64,000 nt of DNA from a virus (taxonomy: Duplodnaviria > Heunggongvirae > Uroviricota > Caudoviricetes), in IMG/VR virus record IMGVR_UViG_3300026549_000047, positions 52,158-116,157 of that record. One strand, given 5' to 3'. The notes beneath the pieces were generated by a model, which was not told the origin of the DNA, did no database searches, and was given only the letters and a program-made list of their open reading frames with translations. The stretch's first letter is position 1. Each line of letters starts with the position of its first letter. Of this stretch, positions 18,938-28,172 are shown in pieces. Position numbers and translations under genes: made by a program.

Positions 18938-19639
18938 CTTCAGCTTTTTCACTGTTTCCTCGTCTAGGAAATGTCCCATGCCATACGTGCTTTTGATCGG
19001 CTTCTGCTTTGGTTTTTTCTCCTTGGCAGGTAGACCGGTATCCTCACGTGTTTTGGCACGGATTATCCAGGCTATATCCTTTTCCTTCTCTTCACCACGA
19101 ATGCAGTCAGAGACGAACAGACTTAGCGCCCATTCAGCGGCATTGCTTAGGAGTTTCTCACTAGTGGCGCTGCAATAAGCTGTTGTACCAGTTCGTACTT
19201 CAATAGGCATTTTGTTGAGGAGTTTGTTGATTCGTTTCTTCTCCTCCTTAGTCCTCTCCTTCCGACCAGCCTCGGTCATTGCCTTGTCTACTAATGCTTC
19301 TTCTGCTTTTACCTCGTCGTGTGACTTGATAATGTTATTAGCACCAGCCACTCTGATGTTAAGAATACAGCATCGGTTTATATTGTTCTTAACCTGCTCC
19401 TCTGTGAAAGAGGCTACCAATGTCCCGGTATTGATGGGCAGGAAACCGCGAATGAGGTGTTTTACAAACTCACGTGAACCATCGGTTTTGTTCCAGAGTT
19501 CACAGATTTTCTGATATGCTTTGTTAATCTGATCCTCGTTCGGCTGTCCAAGTTTCTGGGGATGATCTTTTGTGTAGAGCTTAATTGGAGTTTTCTCATT
19601 TTGCTCTTTAAGTTTCTGTACTAATTCCGAATTGTTCAT
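18926..19639 (-). CDS. hypothetical protein
   Basis: 237 aa ORF; Lys/Glu-rich; no recognisable catalytic motif. Confidence 0.5.
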   Translation of the reverse strand: MNNSELVQKLKEQNEKTPIKLYTKDHPQKLGQPNEDQINKAYQKICELWNKTDGSREFVKHLIRGFLPINTGTLVASFTEEQVKNNINRCCILNIRVAGANNIIKSHDEVKAEEALVDKAMTEAGRKERTKEEKKRINKLLNKMPIEVRTGTTAYCSATSEKLLSNAAEWALSLFVSDCIRGEEKEKDIAWIIRAKTREDTGLPAKEKKPKQKPIKSTYGMGHFLDEETVKKLKGIK

Positions 19640-19703
19640 GATGTTTTATGAGTTTAATGTTATCAAGTATAAGGAAAAGAGCGTAACCACCTTATAGGTA
19701 GAT

Positions 19704-20258
19704 ATGATAGAAAGAAAATTAATTATTGGATTAGGAAATCCAGAAGAAGAAAGAAAAGAAACCAGGCATAATATTGGCTGGATGTGTATTGATAAGTTAG
19801 TAGGGGACGGTCAGTATATAGAAAAAGAGTATGGCTTAGTCTTTGAAACCCCTGAAGCCATTTATCTTAAGCCAACAGTTGGTATGAATTCTAGCGGTGA
19901 GGCTGTCAAGGCTGCTATGACTGAATATGAGATTGAAGCTAAAGATATTCTTGTGATCGTTGATGACCTTGACCTAGATTTTGGTCGCCTCAGATTAAAA
20001 GGAAAAGGCAGCACTAGACATAATGGCTTAAAGAGTATTGAGGAATGTATTGGCACTCAGAAATATGATCGCCTGAAGTTTGGAATAGGTCACGATTTTC
20101 CGGAAGGTGGACAATTTGATTATGTCCTTTCACCATTCACAGAAAATGAAGTTGCTCAACTCCCATACCTCATTGAGAGGGTGTCGGATGGAATTAAGAA
20201 CCACTACTTAGTGGAACCAAACAAGGACAAAGTAATGAACGTGATTAATAATGGATAA
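19704..20258 (+). CDS. pth: peptidyl-tRNA hydrolase (Pth family)
   Basis: LIIGLGNPEEERKETRHNIGWMCIDKL matches the Pth N-terminal signature LIVGLGNPGxxYxxTRHNxG. GSTRHNGLKSI matches GHNGL(K/R)SI. Correct length of 184 aa. Confidence 0.8.
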   Translation: MIERKLIIGLGNPEEERKETRHNIGWMCIDKLVGDGQYIEKEYGLVFETPEAIYLKPTVGMNSSGEAVKAAMTEYEIEAKDILVIVDDLDLDFGRLRLKGKGSTRHNGLKSIEECIGTQKYDRLKFGIGHDFPEGGQFDYVLSPFTENEVAQLPYLIERVSDGIKNHYLVEPNKDKVMNVINNG

Positions 20259-20526
20259 AGAGCTCTTAGAAAAATTACACGAAAACGGAAGTATGTTTCT
20301 ACTGCTTGTCTCGCTCATTTCGTCAGATACATTGACTGACTTAGAGGCATGTGAGGAATCAAAGAAGACAACAGAGGAGATTCTTTCCGTTTTACCAGAG
20401 GTTAATATTCCTGAAGAAGATAAAAAGAAATATGAAGATTATTTGAAGCGGGGACTTGAGATAATAGAAAGAGATGGAAAAGAGTTTAAAAGCTGTAGTA
20501 GTAAGAACAAAAGAAAGAAAACTTGA
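20251..20526 (+). CDS. hypothetical protein
   Basis: 91 aa ORF, 8-nt overlap with pth. Confidence 0.35.
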   Translation: MDKELLEKLHENGSMFLLLVSLISSDTLTDLEACEESKKTTEEILSVLPEVNIPEEDKKKYEDYLKRGLEIIERDGKEFKSCSSKNKRKKT

Positions 20527-20815
20527 ACTTAGGATAGGGTATGTCTTCTATCATAGAGACTTCCTTAATTCTGGTGAAACTTGTTTAGGAGGAACTAGGT
20601 GGAATATAGATGAAGAGAATAAAGAGGTTATTTTCTACGGCTTCTCCGACGACTTTGGCCAAATGCCTTCCGACGGGTGGGAATCTTTGGTGAAAGATTT
20701 TAAAGCAGACTGGTTAAACTCTTGGCATCTAGAGAGAATCCTCAAGAATGTTTTAAAAGTGGAGGATACAGATATTAACAATTATAAATTTAAGTATGGC
20801 GACAAAACAGCTTAG
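20474..20815 (+). CDS. hypothetical protein
   Basis: 113 aa ORF in operon context. Confidence 0.4.
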   Translation: MEKSLKAVVVRTKERKLELRIGYVFYHRDFLNSGETCLGGTRWNIDEENKEVIFYGFSDDFGQMPSDGWESLVKDFKADWLNSWHLERILKNVLKVEDTDINNYKFKYGDKTA

Positions 20816-21389
20816 AGCAGTTTACTTCGAGAGTATTAATGGAAGTTTTCTCAGGATGGGGTGGACAGAGTATGATAGAAATCTCTTAACCCCAGATGAT
20901 GGAGAGATCTGGAATGTTATGGCCTCTACCTGGTTCGTTGATACTAGTAGTAGGAGGATAATATTCAATGGACAATCTAATGAGTTTAAAGATCTTGAGA
21001 TTAAGCAGGAGAATATTAGTAACTGGAATGAGGCCGTCGATAGATTCAAGTGGTCTCAGGACAGACTTGATATTCAAGTTGTTTTATCGGTTGAGTTTGG
21101 CATGAGGAATGTGCCCATCGAAGAATATAACTTTGCTGCTCCAGTAAAAAGTTATCATCCTATTGAGAACTTTCATAATTTTAGGGTAGGCCAATTGAAA
21201 GAGATGCTTAGTAGTATATCAGATGATGACTTTATTATGGTTCAGGCTGATTCTCACTCAGGTAACTCTTACCCAATAGCGCACATTGAGGATAGTACTT
21301 CAATAGGATTCTGGGAACTTAGGTTTGACTCAAGCCGAGATTTCTGGAATACCCTGAATGAATATAAGAACAGTGGAAAGAAGGTGTGA
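20796..21389 (+). CDS. hypothetical protein
   Basis: 197 aa ORF in operon context. Confidence 0.45.
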   Translation: MATKQLRAVYFESINGSFLRMGWTEYDRNLLTPDDGEIWNVMASTWFVDTSSRRIIFNGQSNEFKDLEIKQENISNWNEAVDRFKWSQDRLDIQVVLSVEFGMRNVPIEEYNFAAPVKSYHPIENFHNFRVGQLKEMLSSISDDDFIMVQADSHSGNSYPIAHIEDSTSIGFWELRFDSSRDFWNTLNEYKNSGKKV

Positions 21390-22251
21390 TATATGCATCG
21401 AAGAACAGTGTGGCGGGAAACGTGACTGTAATTGCGATACTTGCCAAGTCAAAGATAAATGTCCGAAGATCCTCAGACCAACTATTAGGATAACCAATAG
21501 GTGTACTCAAGAGTGCAGCCATTGCTGTTTTGAATCTTCTCCGAAGTCTAATACAAATATGACTGTCGAGAAGGCAAAGGAGATTGCTAAGTTTCTAGAG
21601 GCCAATCAGATCCATGATTTGAACATGATGGGTGGAGAATTCTTCTGTAACCCAGATTGGTTGGAAGTTCTCATGGAACTTGGTCTTCCAGATCACATTA
21701 TCTATTTCAGATTAGTATCGAACAGTGATTGGTATAAGAATGACACCGTGAAGCAAGGTCTCCTTTCTTTGAGAGATGCACTTGGACCCAAGTTTCATAT
21801 GTCACTTTCAAAAGATAGGTGGCATACAAATGTTGGTGTAGAGAAGGCTGAGAAATGGTTAGTGGAAAATAATATTCTAACGATCGTTGCCAACAAGAGC
21901 AACACGAAACAAGAGAGTATTGTTCCTGTCGGCCGTGCAGAGTGGGGTTTCTGGGGATTCTTTGATACGATACAGAATCAATGTGCTGGAGATGAAGAGC
22001 ACTATACTTTCTTGATTGACGAAGAAGGTCTAATCTACAAATGCAACTTCGGTGTTTGGCCTTACGCAAAAGTGGATGAATACTTAGAGGGAGGTTTTAG
22101 GGAGAGATTCAAGTCCTATAACCAGAAGTTCTATAAAATATTTATCCCTAACTGCAAGGTATGCTATAGGAGCGCGAAGAGGTTTGAAACCGAAGAAGAG
22201 AACAAAGATCAGATCAGATACGATCGATTAGTAGTAAAAAGAGGTTACTAA
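21358..22251 (+). CDS. radical SAM enzyme (CX3CX2C) with additional N-terminal Cys cluster
   Basis: NRCTQECSHCCF is the CxxxCxxC radical-SAM cluster motif, followed by MMGGEFF (a GGEP-like SAM-binding motif). The N-terminus CDICIEEQCGGKRDCNCDTCQVKDKC suggests an auxiliary Fe-S site. It could be an NrdG-like or QueE-like activase, but it is not assignable from sequence alone. Confidence 0.55.
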   Translation: MNIRTVERRCDICIEEQCGGKRDCNCDTCQVKDKCPKILRPTIRITNRCTQECSHCCFESSPKSNTNMTVEKAKEIAKFLEANQIHDLNMMGGEFFCNPDWLEVLMELGLPDHIIYFRLVSNSDWYKNDTVKQGLLSLRDALGPKFHMSLSKDRWHTNVGVEKAEKWLVENNILTIVANKSNTKQESIVPVGRAEWGFWGFFDTIQNQCAGDEEHYTFLIDEEGLIYKCNFGVWPYAKVDEYLEGGFRERFKSYNQKFYKIFIPNCKVCYRSAKRFETEEENKDQIRYDRLVVKRGY

Positions 22252-22343
22252 AAGGGTAATCTCTTTATTTTTTCCCTCTGAAACGTAAAAAACGCGTTCA
22301 GGAAAGGGTATAATTCTTAAGCAATGAAGAAAAATAATACATC

Positions 22344-22414
22344 GCGGAGTGGAGAAGCTGGTATCTCGTCAGCCTCATAAGCTGAAGATCGTGGGATCGT
22401 GACCCACCTCCGCA
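22344..22414 (+). tRNA. tRNA-Met or tRNA-Ile2 candidate, anticodon CAT
   Basis: Cloverleaf: acceptor GCGGAG/CTCCGC; D stem GAGA/TCTC with GG in the loop; anticodon stem TCAGC/GCTGA with loop C-U-CAU-AA; 5-nt variable loop; T stem GTGGG/CCCAC. The T-loop ATCGTGA is non-canonical (A54...T58). Confidence 0.45.
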
Positions 22415-22472
22415 ACTATAAAAGAGATGATAACAATTTGTTAATAATTAACTTAAATTTTAAAAAGAAAGA

Positions 22473-23504
22473 ATGAGAAAATTTATTTTGACAATGGCTC
22501 TGATTCTTGGAATTGGAGTAAGTGCTAACGCACAGAAGATTGCTACAGAGAATAGTAATGCCTTTGATAACATCGGTATTGGCCTGACAGGCGGTGTATC
22601 GACTCCCTTGGATTTCAATTCTATGTTTCCGGTTAACCCGAACATAGGTTTGAAGATTACGAAGGACTTTACTCCTGCTTTCGGTATTCAGATCGAAGGT
22701 CTTGCATTCCTTAATGACAATCATTTCACGGACCTCAAGACGACTGTTAAGGCAACTAATGTAAGCTTGCTTGGTGCAATTAATTTGTCTAATGCCTTGT
22801 TTGGTTATAAAGGTACCCCCAGAACATTTGAGGTATCTCCTGTGGCTGGTATTGGTTGGCTGCATGAGTGGAATACGTCGGTTAATAGCTTATCTAGTAA
22901 GACTGGTATTGACTTTGCATTTAACCTGGGCAAGGCTAAGGCACATTCTATTGTTCTGACTCCAGCTATTTACTGGAATCTTAATAGCCTTAAAGAGATT
23001 CAGTTTAATAAAAATCATGCGCAGTTGGCACTTAATCTTACTTACATCTATCACTTTAAAACATCAAATGGTACTCATCATTTCAAAACCTATGACATTA
23101 GTGCCATGGAAAGTGAGATTAATTACTTGAGAGGTCGTGTAGATGAGTTAGAGAATAAACCTATTCCTGTTGCAACAAATGCAGTGGCTGCAGTAGAGAC
23201 CAAGACTGTTGAAAAAGTTGTTCCGGCTGAGTCTCAGTGGTATATTCAATTTGCTAAGAGCAGTTCTGCACTGACTGACGAGGCTAAAGAGGTTCTTGAC
23301 AAGGTTTCAGCAGAGGCAGTGGATATTGTAGGTACAGCATCTCCCGAAGGTTCAGCCGAATTCAATCAGGCATTATCGGAGAAGCGTGCTGCAGTTGTAG
23401 CAGACTACTTGACGAAGCGTGGTATAAAGGTGAATAGTTGGGTTGGTAAGGGTTCAACTGGAGACTCTTCTAATCGTTTGGCTATCATTAGCGTAGTTAA
23501 GTAA
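22473..23504 (+). CDS. OmpA-family outer-membrane protein (signal peptide + beta-barrel-like region + OmpA C-terminal peptidoglycan-binding domain)
   Basis: Signal MRKFILTMALILGIGVSANAQ. C-terminus VDIVGTASPEGSAEFNQALSEKRAAVVADYLTKRGI carries the OmpA-C-like TD.G....N..LS..RA..V motif. Confidence 0.75.
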   Translation: MRKFILTMALILGIGVSANAQKIATENSNAFDNIGIGLTGGVSTPLDFNSMFPVNPNIGLKITKDFTPAFGIQIEGLAFLNDNHFTDLKTTVKATNVSLLGAINLSNALFGYKGTPRTFEVSPVAGIGWLHEWNTSVNSLSSKTGIDFAFNLGKAKAHSIVLTPAIYWNLNSLKEIQFNKNHAQLALNLTYIYHFKTSNGTHHFKTYDISAMESEINYLRGRVDELENKPIPVATNAVAAVETKTVEKVVPAESQWYIQFAKSSSALTDEAKEVLDKVSAEAVDIVGTASPEGSAEFNQALSEKRAAVVADYLTKRGIKVNSWVGKGSTGDSSNRLAIISVVK

Positions 23505-23750
23505 TAAAAAGATTTGTGGAAGGTGACTAGTCGGTAGTTACTTAAAAGGTTCGAATCCTCCTTCCACAGCAAAAAAGCTGGAAATGAGGTGTTCCTAGCT
23601 ATATGAGAGAGGGCAACGGGGTAAAATATTGGACTATAATGCTAGCAATAGTCTCCTTAAGCTGACAAATTTGTTTTCATGGTTTTAGGGTTGTGGTCAA
23701 CCTAAGGATAAAACAATAGACAACCTCTCCAAAATAAAAACCCCGTTTAT

Positions 23751-23822
23751 GGACCGGTAGCTCAGTGGTAGAGCGGATGTTTGAAGGGCATCGCGTCGGT
23801 GGTTCAATTCCATCTCGGTCCA
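23751..23822 (+). tRNA. tRNA-Phe (GAA)
   Basis: Canonical cloverleaf: acceptor GGACCGG/TCGGTCC; D arm GCTCAGTGGTAGAGC; anticodon loop TT-GAA-GG; T arm GGTGGTTCAATTCCATC; discriminator A. Confidence 0.85.
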
Positions 23823-23828
23823 CGAGTT

Positions 23829-25613
23829 ATGAAGAAGCTTATTTTATTTGTAACTTCTTTTGCTTTAATGATGTCCTGTATGAGTCACGACCTCGATACA
23901 ACACAGGGGCAAGGAAGTGATGTGAAAGAGAACGTTAAAAATATTTTTGGCGTTGAGTTTAGTGAGAACCAAGATTGGAAGACAGCTTTTTCTAGCAGTG
24001 TAAGTGTTCGAGTTAATCCTGGTGATGGTGTCAATAAAATTCAAATTATGGCACTTATCAAAGAGGATGACGAGAACCAATGTCTTAAAGTTCTCAACGA
24101 ATTTAACTTAACCAGAGAGACCTTTGTTAAGCTAAATTATGATGCTCCTAAGGATAACTTAGGTTTGTACGTTACATATATAACTTCTTCTGGATCTTAC
24201 CATTTCGTAGAGATCAAGGGAGATGAGGTTAGTATGCCCTCAAAGACTAGGAGATTGACAAGATCGTTTAACCCTAGTGGATATAATTTGCCGACAGGAG
24301 ATTTCTTTATTACATCCTCTGAGGAATCTTATGCCAATAAACGTGGCTGGGTTCCTGGTGAAATGCTTTATCAGTATTCCACTCAGAAAATGGATGCTGA
24401 AGAATATGATGATGAGTATAAAGAAACCCTTCGACTCTTAGTATTCTCTTATTTTAAGAACGGTAGAAAGTATAATAACCTTCCACTTGTTAAGCAGACT
24501 GGATATTACAATGAGAAAATCTATCCTATCACAACGGGAGATGATCCGATTGTATTATCACCAGTCTACAAGAATGATGGTGGTTATCAGGAGGTTGAAA
24601 ATTCTGACTTGTACTACTATTACTTTAAAGAAGAGGACCTAGGAAGTGATCCAGTTGGTTATATTGAGAGTCTTCCTAAATACAAAGCCATTCAATTGAA
24701 TGAATGTATTAAAGGAGATGATGTAATTAGTAAACATGCTTCCTACGCACTTATGTATTGGGGAGACGGTGTTCCTGTAGTAGGTGAGACTCAAGGATCT
24801 TTTCAGTTCCCGAAGGGGTACAAGATCGGTTTCATGATTCGAGCTAAAACGGAAGCAGAAGGAAAAAAGAAGCAGGGTGAACTTTATGGTGATGGTCGCC
24901 TTAATAATCATGTTAATAACTATGGAAACTTCAAGTCATCTAAGCTTGGCGAGGATGGTCCTAGAATGGCATGGTTAACGGTAAACAATAAAATGCTTCT
25001 TTGTTGTGAATCAGGAACAGACACAGATTTCAATGATATTATCTTTGAAGTAGAGGGAGGTATTGAAGGACTTATCGTCATCCCTGAGATCGAATCTAAT
25101 TTCTACGTATTCTGTTATGAAGACCAGAGATTAGGTGATTATGATCTTAATGATGTAGTTTTGAAAGGACGAAGACTTAGTGACACGAAAGTAGAGTATA
25201 CACTTATGGCTTGTGGTGCTTTGGATGAGCTCTTTATCTATAATGTAGAGGGCAAGCGAATAAAGCATGACAAGGAAGTACATTCTATATTTGGTAGAAC
25301 AAAGCCAGAATTCGTTAATACCCTTAAGAATGATAACACCCCATTCGTAGTTGATACAATTACAGTGACTAGTAGTTTCAGTTTTCTTAATGCTGATACT
25401 CAACCTTACCTGTACGACAAAACTAAGAATTGGGAAGTTCGAATAGCAAGAGAGGGACAAGATCCTCATGCTATTATGATCCCCTACGACTTTAAGTGGC
25501 CCTTAGAAAGAATTTGTATTAATAGAGCTTACTTGAAGTTTAATGAATGGGGAACAGGTTTAGTTACCTCTACGGATTGGTATAAATATCCGGAGGAAGA
25601 CAAAGTATGGTGA
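23829..25613 (+). CDS. putative lipoprotein (large, secreted)
   Basis: ATG at 23829 gives MKKLILFVTSFALMMSC, a lipobox with Cys. About 595 aa; no catalytic motif recognised. The ORF track start at 23781 overlaps tRNA-Phe and is unlikely. Confidence 0.6.
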   Translation: MKKLILFVTSFALMMSCMSHDLDTTQGQGSDVKENVKNIFGVEFSENQDWKTAFSSSVSVRVNPGDGVNKIQIMALIKEDDENQCLKVLNEFNLTRETFVKLNYDAPKDNLGLYVTYITSSGSYHFVEIKGDEVSMPSKTRRLTRSFNPSGYNLPTGDFFITSSEESYANKRGWVPGEMLYQYSTQKMDAEEYDDEYKETLRLLVFSYFKNGRKYNNLPLVKQTGYYNEKIYPITTGDDPIVLSPVYKNDGGYQEVENSDLYYYYFKEEDLGSDPVGYIESLPKYKAIQLNECIKGDDVISKHASYALMYWGDGVPVVGETQGSFQFPKGYKIGFMIRAKTEAEGKKKQGELYGDGRLNNHVNNYGNFKSSKLGEDGPRMAWLTVNNKMLLCCESGTDTDFNDIIFEVEGGIEGLIVIPEIESNFYVFCYEDQRLGDYDLNDVVLKGRRLSDTKVEYTLMACGALDELFIYNVEGKRIKHDKEVHSIFGRTKPEFVNTLKNDNTPFVVDTITVTSSFSFLNADTQPYLYDKTKNWEVRIAREGQDPHAIMIPYDFKWPLERICINRAYLKFNEWGTGLVTSTDWYKYPEEDKVW

Positions 25614-25684
25614 AAATAAAATTGGGTTCATATAAAGTTATTATAATTCCAAACCAGATACCCAACTGTTAGGGAATTATTTAA

Positions 25685-25757
25685 GCCTTCTTAATTCAAT
25701 TGGTAGAATTTCTGATTTGTAATCAGATCGTTATTGGTTCGAGCCCAATAGAAGGCT
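25685..25757 (+). tRNA. tRNA-Thr (TGT)
   Basis: Acceptor GCCTTCT/AGAAGGC (7 bp perfect); D arm ATTCAATTGGTAGAAT; anticodon stem TCTGA/TCAGA with loop TT-TGT-AA; T arm ATTGGTTCGAGCCCAAT. Confidence 0.85.
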
Positions 25758-25759
25758 CT

Positions 25760-26230
25760 ATGATGATTTTTAAATGGATAAGATATTACATAGTAAAATT
25801 CATATTGATATTTTATTGCCCAGTCCAAGACAAACTCGGTCTTGGTGCTAGATATAAAAGAATTTATTGGTGGAAAGATCGACCAACATTATACTACAAC
25901 TTTAATTTTGAGAGAGGACAGATTATCAAACTTGTAGATAATTGTCCTGTGTGGTTGGTTGAAAAGGGTTTTGGCATAAGATTCCTTGATTCTCCGATTT
26001 ACATGAAGGTGGATCACTGGAGTTATGAAACTCTTGAAGTGTTCGGACATAAGATTGATAAGAATCTTTATGGACCAATTGAATTCAAGAACCACATGTT
26101 AAAGGTCAAGTTCTATGATTTGGATTTTCCAATAATTCCAATGAAAGAGGAGAACTTTCATGATGAAATCTTTTGGATTGACTATGTATATAACCCCAAG
26201 GAGAGTGAATTGCAGCGGCCTGCAAGGTAG
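25760..26230 (+). CDS. hypothetical protein
   Basis: In-frame ATG at 25760 right after tRNA-Thr. The track ORF 25700..26230 would start inside the tRNA. Confidence 0.45.
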   Translation: MMIFKWIRYYIVKFILIFYCPVQDKLGLGARYKRIYWWKDRPTLYYNFNFERGQIIKLVDNCPVWLVEKGFGIRFLDSPIYMKVDHWSYETLEVFGHKIDKNLYGPIEFKNHMLKVKFYDLDFPIIPMKEENFHDEIFWIDYVYNPKESELQRPAR

Positions 26231-26456
26231 TCTTGAAAACTATTCGTACGGTGAAACGTATTGGGATCGACACCTACTCTCTCCGCCGCGAACATTTGTT
26301 TCGCTCTGACTTTAATAATAACAATGAAAAGAATGAAGTTTAAGAAACAGAAATGGTAGACTAGTAGTGGAATACGTTCCCCAGGAAGCCAGAGTCAGTG
26401 TTTATTTGCGAGAGATTATGTGATGAGAATTAAATTACAAACCTTTAAAATTAATA

Positions 26457-26735
26457 TTGACAATGGAACAGAACGTATTGAAGTTTAAGAATGATATTAA
26501 GGCCTTAGTTGCTAAAAAGAAGGAAACTGGTTATGCAGGAACATGGATGCACCCTATCTATTGTGCGTACTATATTCTGAAACACCGTGTAGAGAACAAA
26601 GAAGAATTTATCAATGAGGATATTAAGAAATCATACAAAGCCCTCAGGGATTCTTACCTACAGAACTTATTTAGACAAAAGGTTGATAATATCTGTGAAA
26701 AGTATGCCGCCGAAGAGATTGTACGTGCTGATTGA
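26457..26735 (+). CDS. hypothetical protein
   Basis: 92 aa ORF. Confidence 0.4.
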   Translation: MTMEQNVLKFKNDIKALVAKKKETGYAGTWMHPIYCAYYILKHRVENKEEFINEDIKKSYKALRDSYLQNLFRQKVDNICEKYAAEEIVRAD

Positions 26736-26994
26736 TAAGACCCTTGACCCCATTTATGGGTGTGTACAGGGAGGACATGCAGTGGCACAATGGCTCTTAG
26801 ATCATCCGGAGCAGGGATGGAACAATAGTTACCTGATCTACTTATCGGCTGACATTGAGAGATGGAAAGATAAGCTTGAGTACCTAGGAATAGACTACAC
26901 AAGTTTTCAGGAACCGGATCTTAAGAACCAAACTACGTCTCTGGCTGTATTAGGAAATGAAAAACTTTTTAAAAATTTAAAATTAATTAGATGA
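26704..26994 (+). CDS. hypothetical protein (internal Met start of track ORF 26614..26994)
   Basis: MPPKRLYVLIDKTLDPIYGCVQGGHAVAQWLLDH...; the upstream part of the track ORF overlaps the previous gene in another frame. Confidence 0.4.
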   Translation: MPPKRLYVLIDKTLDPIYGCVQGGHAVAQWLLDHPEQGWNNSYLIYLSADIERWKDKLEYLGIDYTSFQEPDLKNQTTSLAVLGNEKLFKNLKLIR

Positions 26995-27674
26995 AGAAGA
27001 TTATTCTATTTTTGGCTGCCATTGTTATGGTTGGCCTGACCTCTTGTAATTCATGTGGGTCGAACAATGAACAAAAACTTAGCGCTACTGACTATGATGG
27101 AGTAGTACAGGATTTCACAGCTGGTGTAGCTCACATTCAAGCATTGCATCGTCAAACCATGTTTGGCCTCGTACAGAATGAAAAATCTGTAACGGGTGGA
27201 TATGAATGGCGAAATTCAAACGTGCTATTTAATGATAGCATTAAAATGGAAACCATTGACGATCTGCATGTAACTAATGTTACTGATGTGTTCTACTATT
27301 GGAACAAGGAGAAAGGACCACAGGTTCAGTTTATCACGACTGATGTGAAAAAGGGAACGCTCATTCCACCTGCTATTAATGATGTATGGATTGAGGATGC
27401 TGATATGAGCGAAAAAGAGATTAAACTGAATGCAGAGGATGTACTAAAACGTTTGAAGGAATGGAATGGAATAATTCCTCCTGCTAATGGAATGTCATTA
27501 CGTTATCCTGTCGGTCCATGTGAGTGTAATGCGCAGTGGGTCATTGGTGATGTTTATGATGTAATTTTCGTAGATGCCGTTACTGGTGAGATTAGTAACT
27601 GGAATCCTGCCTTTAACCCAACAAAAGGTGTAAAAGGTGGTGATTTTGGAAAGCCTCTCGGTGAGTGGCCCTAA
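26991..27674 (+). CDS. putative lipoprotein
   Basis: MKKIILFLAAIVMVGLTSC lipobox; 227 aa. Confidence 0.6.
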   Translation: MKKIILFLAAIVMVGLTSCNSCGSNNEQKLSATDYDGVVQDFTAGVAHIQALHRQTMFGLVQNEKSVTGGYEWRNSNVLFNDSIKMETIDDLHVTNVTDVFYYWNKEKGPQVQFITTDVKKGTLIPPAINDVWIEDADMSEKEIKLNAEDVLKRLKEWNGIIPPANGMSLRYPVGPCECNAQWVIGDVYDVIFVDAVTGEISNWNPAFNPTKGVKGGDFGKPLGEWP

Positions 27675-27910
27675 TGATTAAAAGTCTTGACCACAGACTT
27701 AAAAAGTGGTCAAATGGCCTTGCTGACGTCTCAGAACATGGTCTCTAAAACCATAGTTTCTCGGGTAGGCACCGAGCTAGGTCACTAAAAGTTTTCGGCC
27801 AATATATTTCATTTTCAATTTCTATTTTAGTGTTTGATTTTTAGAGGTGTAGTTATTTTAATAACGAAACCTCTTTTTACCAAACCTTGAAATTCTTAAA
27901 TATGGAAATT

Positions 27911-27995
27911 GCTCGATTGGTGGAATGGTAGACACGGCAGGTTTAAGCCCTGCTGGCCCGGAAGGACCATACAGATTCGACTTCTGTATCGAGCA
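27911..27995 (+). tRNA. tRNA-Leu (TAA), type II with long variable arm
   Basis: Acceptor GCTCGAT/ATCGAGC; anticodon stem GCAGG/CCTGC with loop TT-TAA-GC; long variable arm; T arm ACAGATTCGACTTCTGT; followed by CTTTTTT. Confidence 0.75.
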
Positions 27996-28004
27996 CTTTT
28001 TTAT

Positions 28005-28086
28005 GCGGCTGTGCTGGAAATGGTATACAGGCTAGTCTTAGGAACTAGTGCCTTCGGGATTATGGGATCGTGGCCCATCAGCCGTA
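28005..28086 (+). tRNA. tRNA-Leu (TAG) candidate, type II
   Basis: Acceptor GCGGCTG/CAGCCGT; 3-bp D stem; anticodon stem CTAGT/ACTAG with loop CT-TAG-GA; variable arm with GCC-TTCG-GG hairpin; T stem ATGGG/CCCAT. The T-loop ATCGTGG is non-canonical. Confidence 0.5.
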
Positions 28087-28092
28087 CTAAAT

Positions 28093-28164
28093 TGGGGATT
28101 AGTGTAATTAGTAACACCTAGATCTTTGGAGTCTATATTACTGGGGCGGAGCCAGTATCCCCAA
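28093..28164 (+). tRNA. tRNA-Gln (TTG) candidate
   Basis: Perfect 7-bp acceptor TGGGGAT/ATCCCCA; D stem GTGT/ACAC; anticodon stem TAGAT/GTCTA with loop CT-TTG-GA; T stem ACTGG/CCAGT. The T-loop GGCGGAG and a D-loop lacking GG are atypical. Confidence 0.5.
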
Positions 28165-28172
28165 CCTAATAA

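Noticed and set aside
26240-26300. GGGATCGACACC segment resembling the unusual T-arm (GGGATCGTG) of the CAT and TAG tRNAs, considered as another tRNA.
   Set aside because: No acceptor, D or anticodon stems could be built around it.
27716-27799. Stop-codon reassignment (TAG to Gln, as in some large Bacteroidota phages), prompted by the CUA-anticodon tRNA-like element.
   Set aside because: Long ORFs (921, 895 and 726 aa) are uninterrupted, and TAG terminates several genes or exon-tracks (14636, 35523, 38084). The tRNA-like element has defective D and T arms. Kept only as a low-confidence finding.
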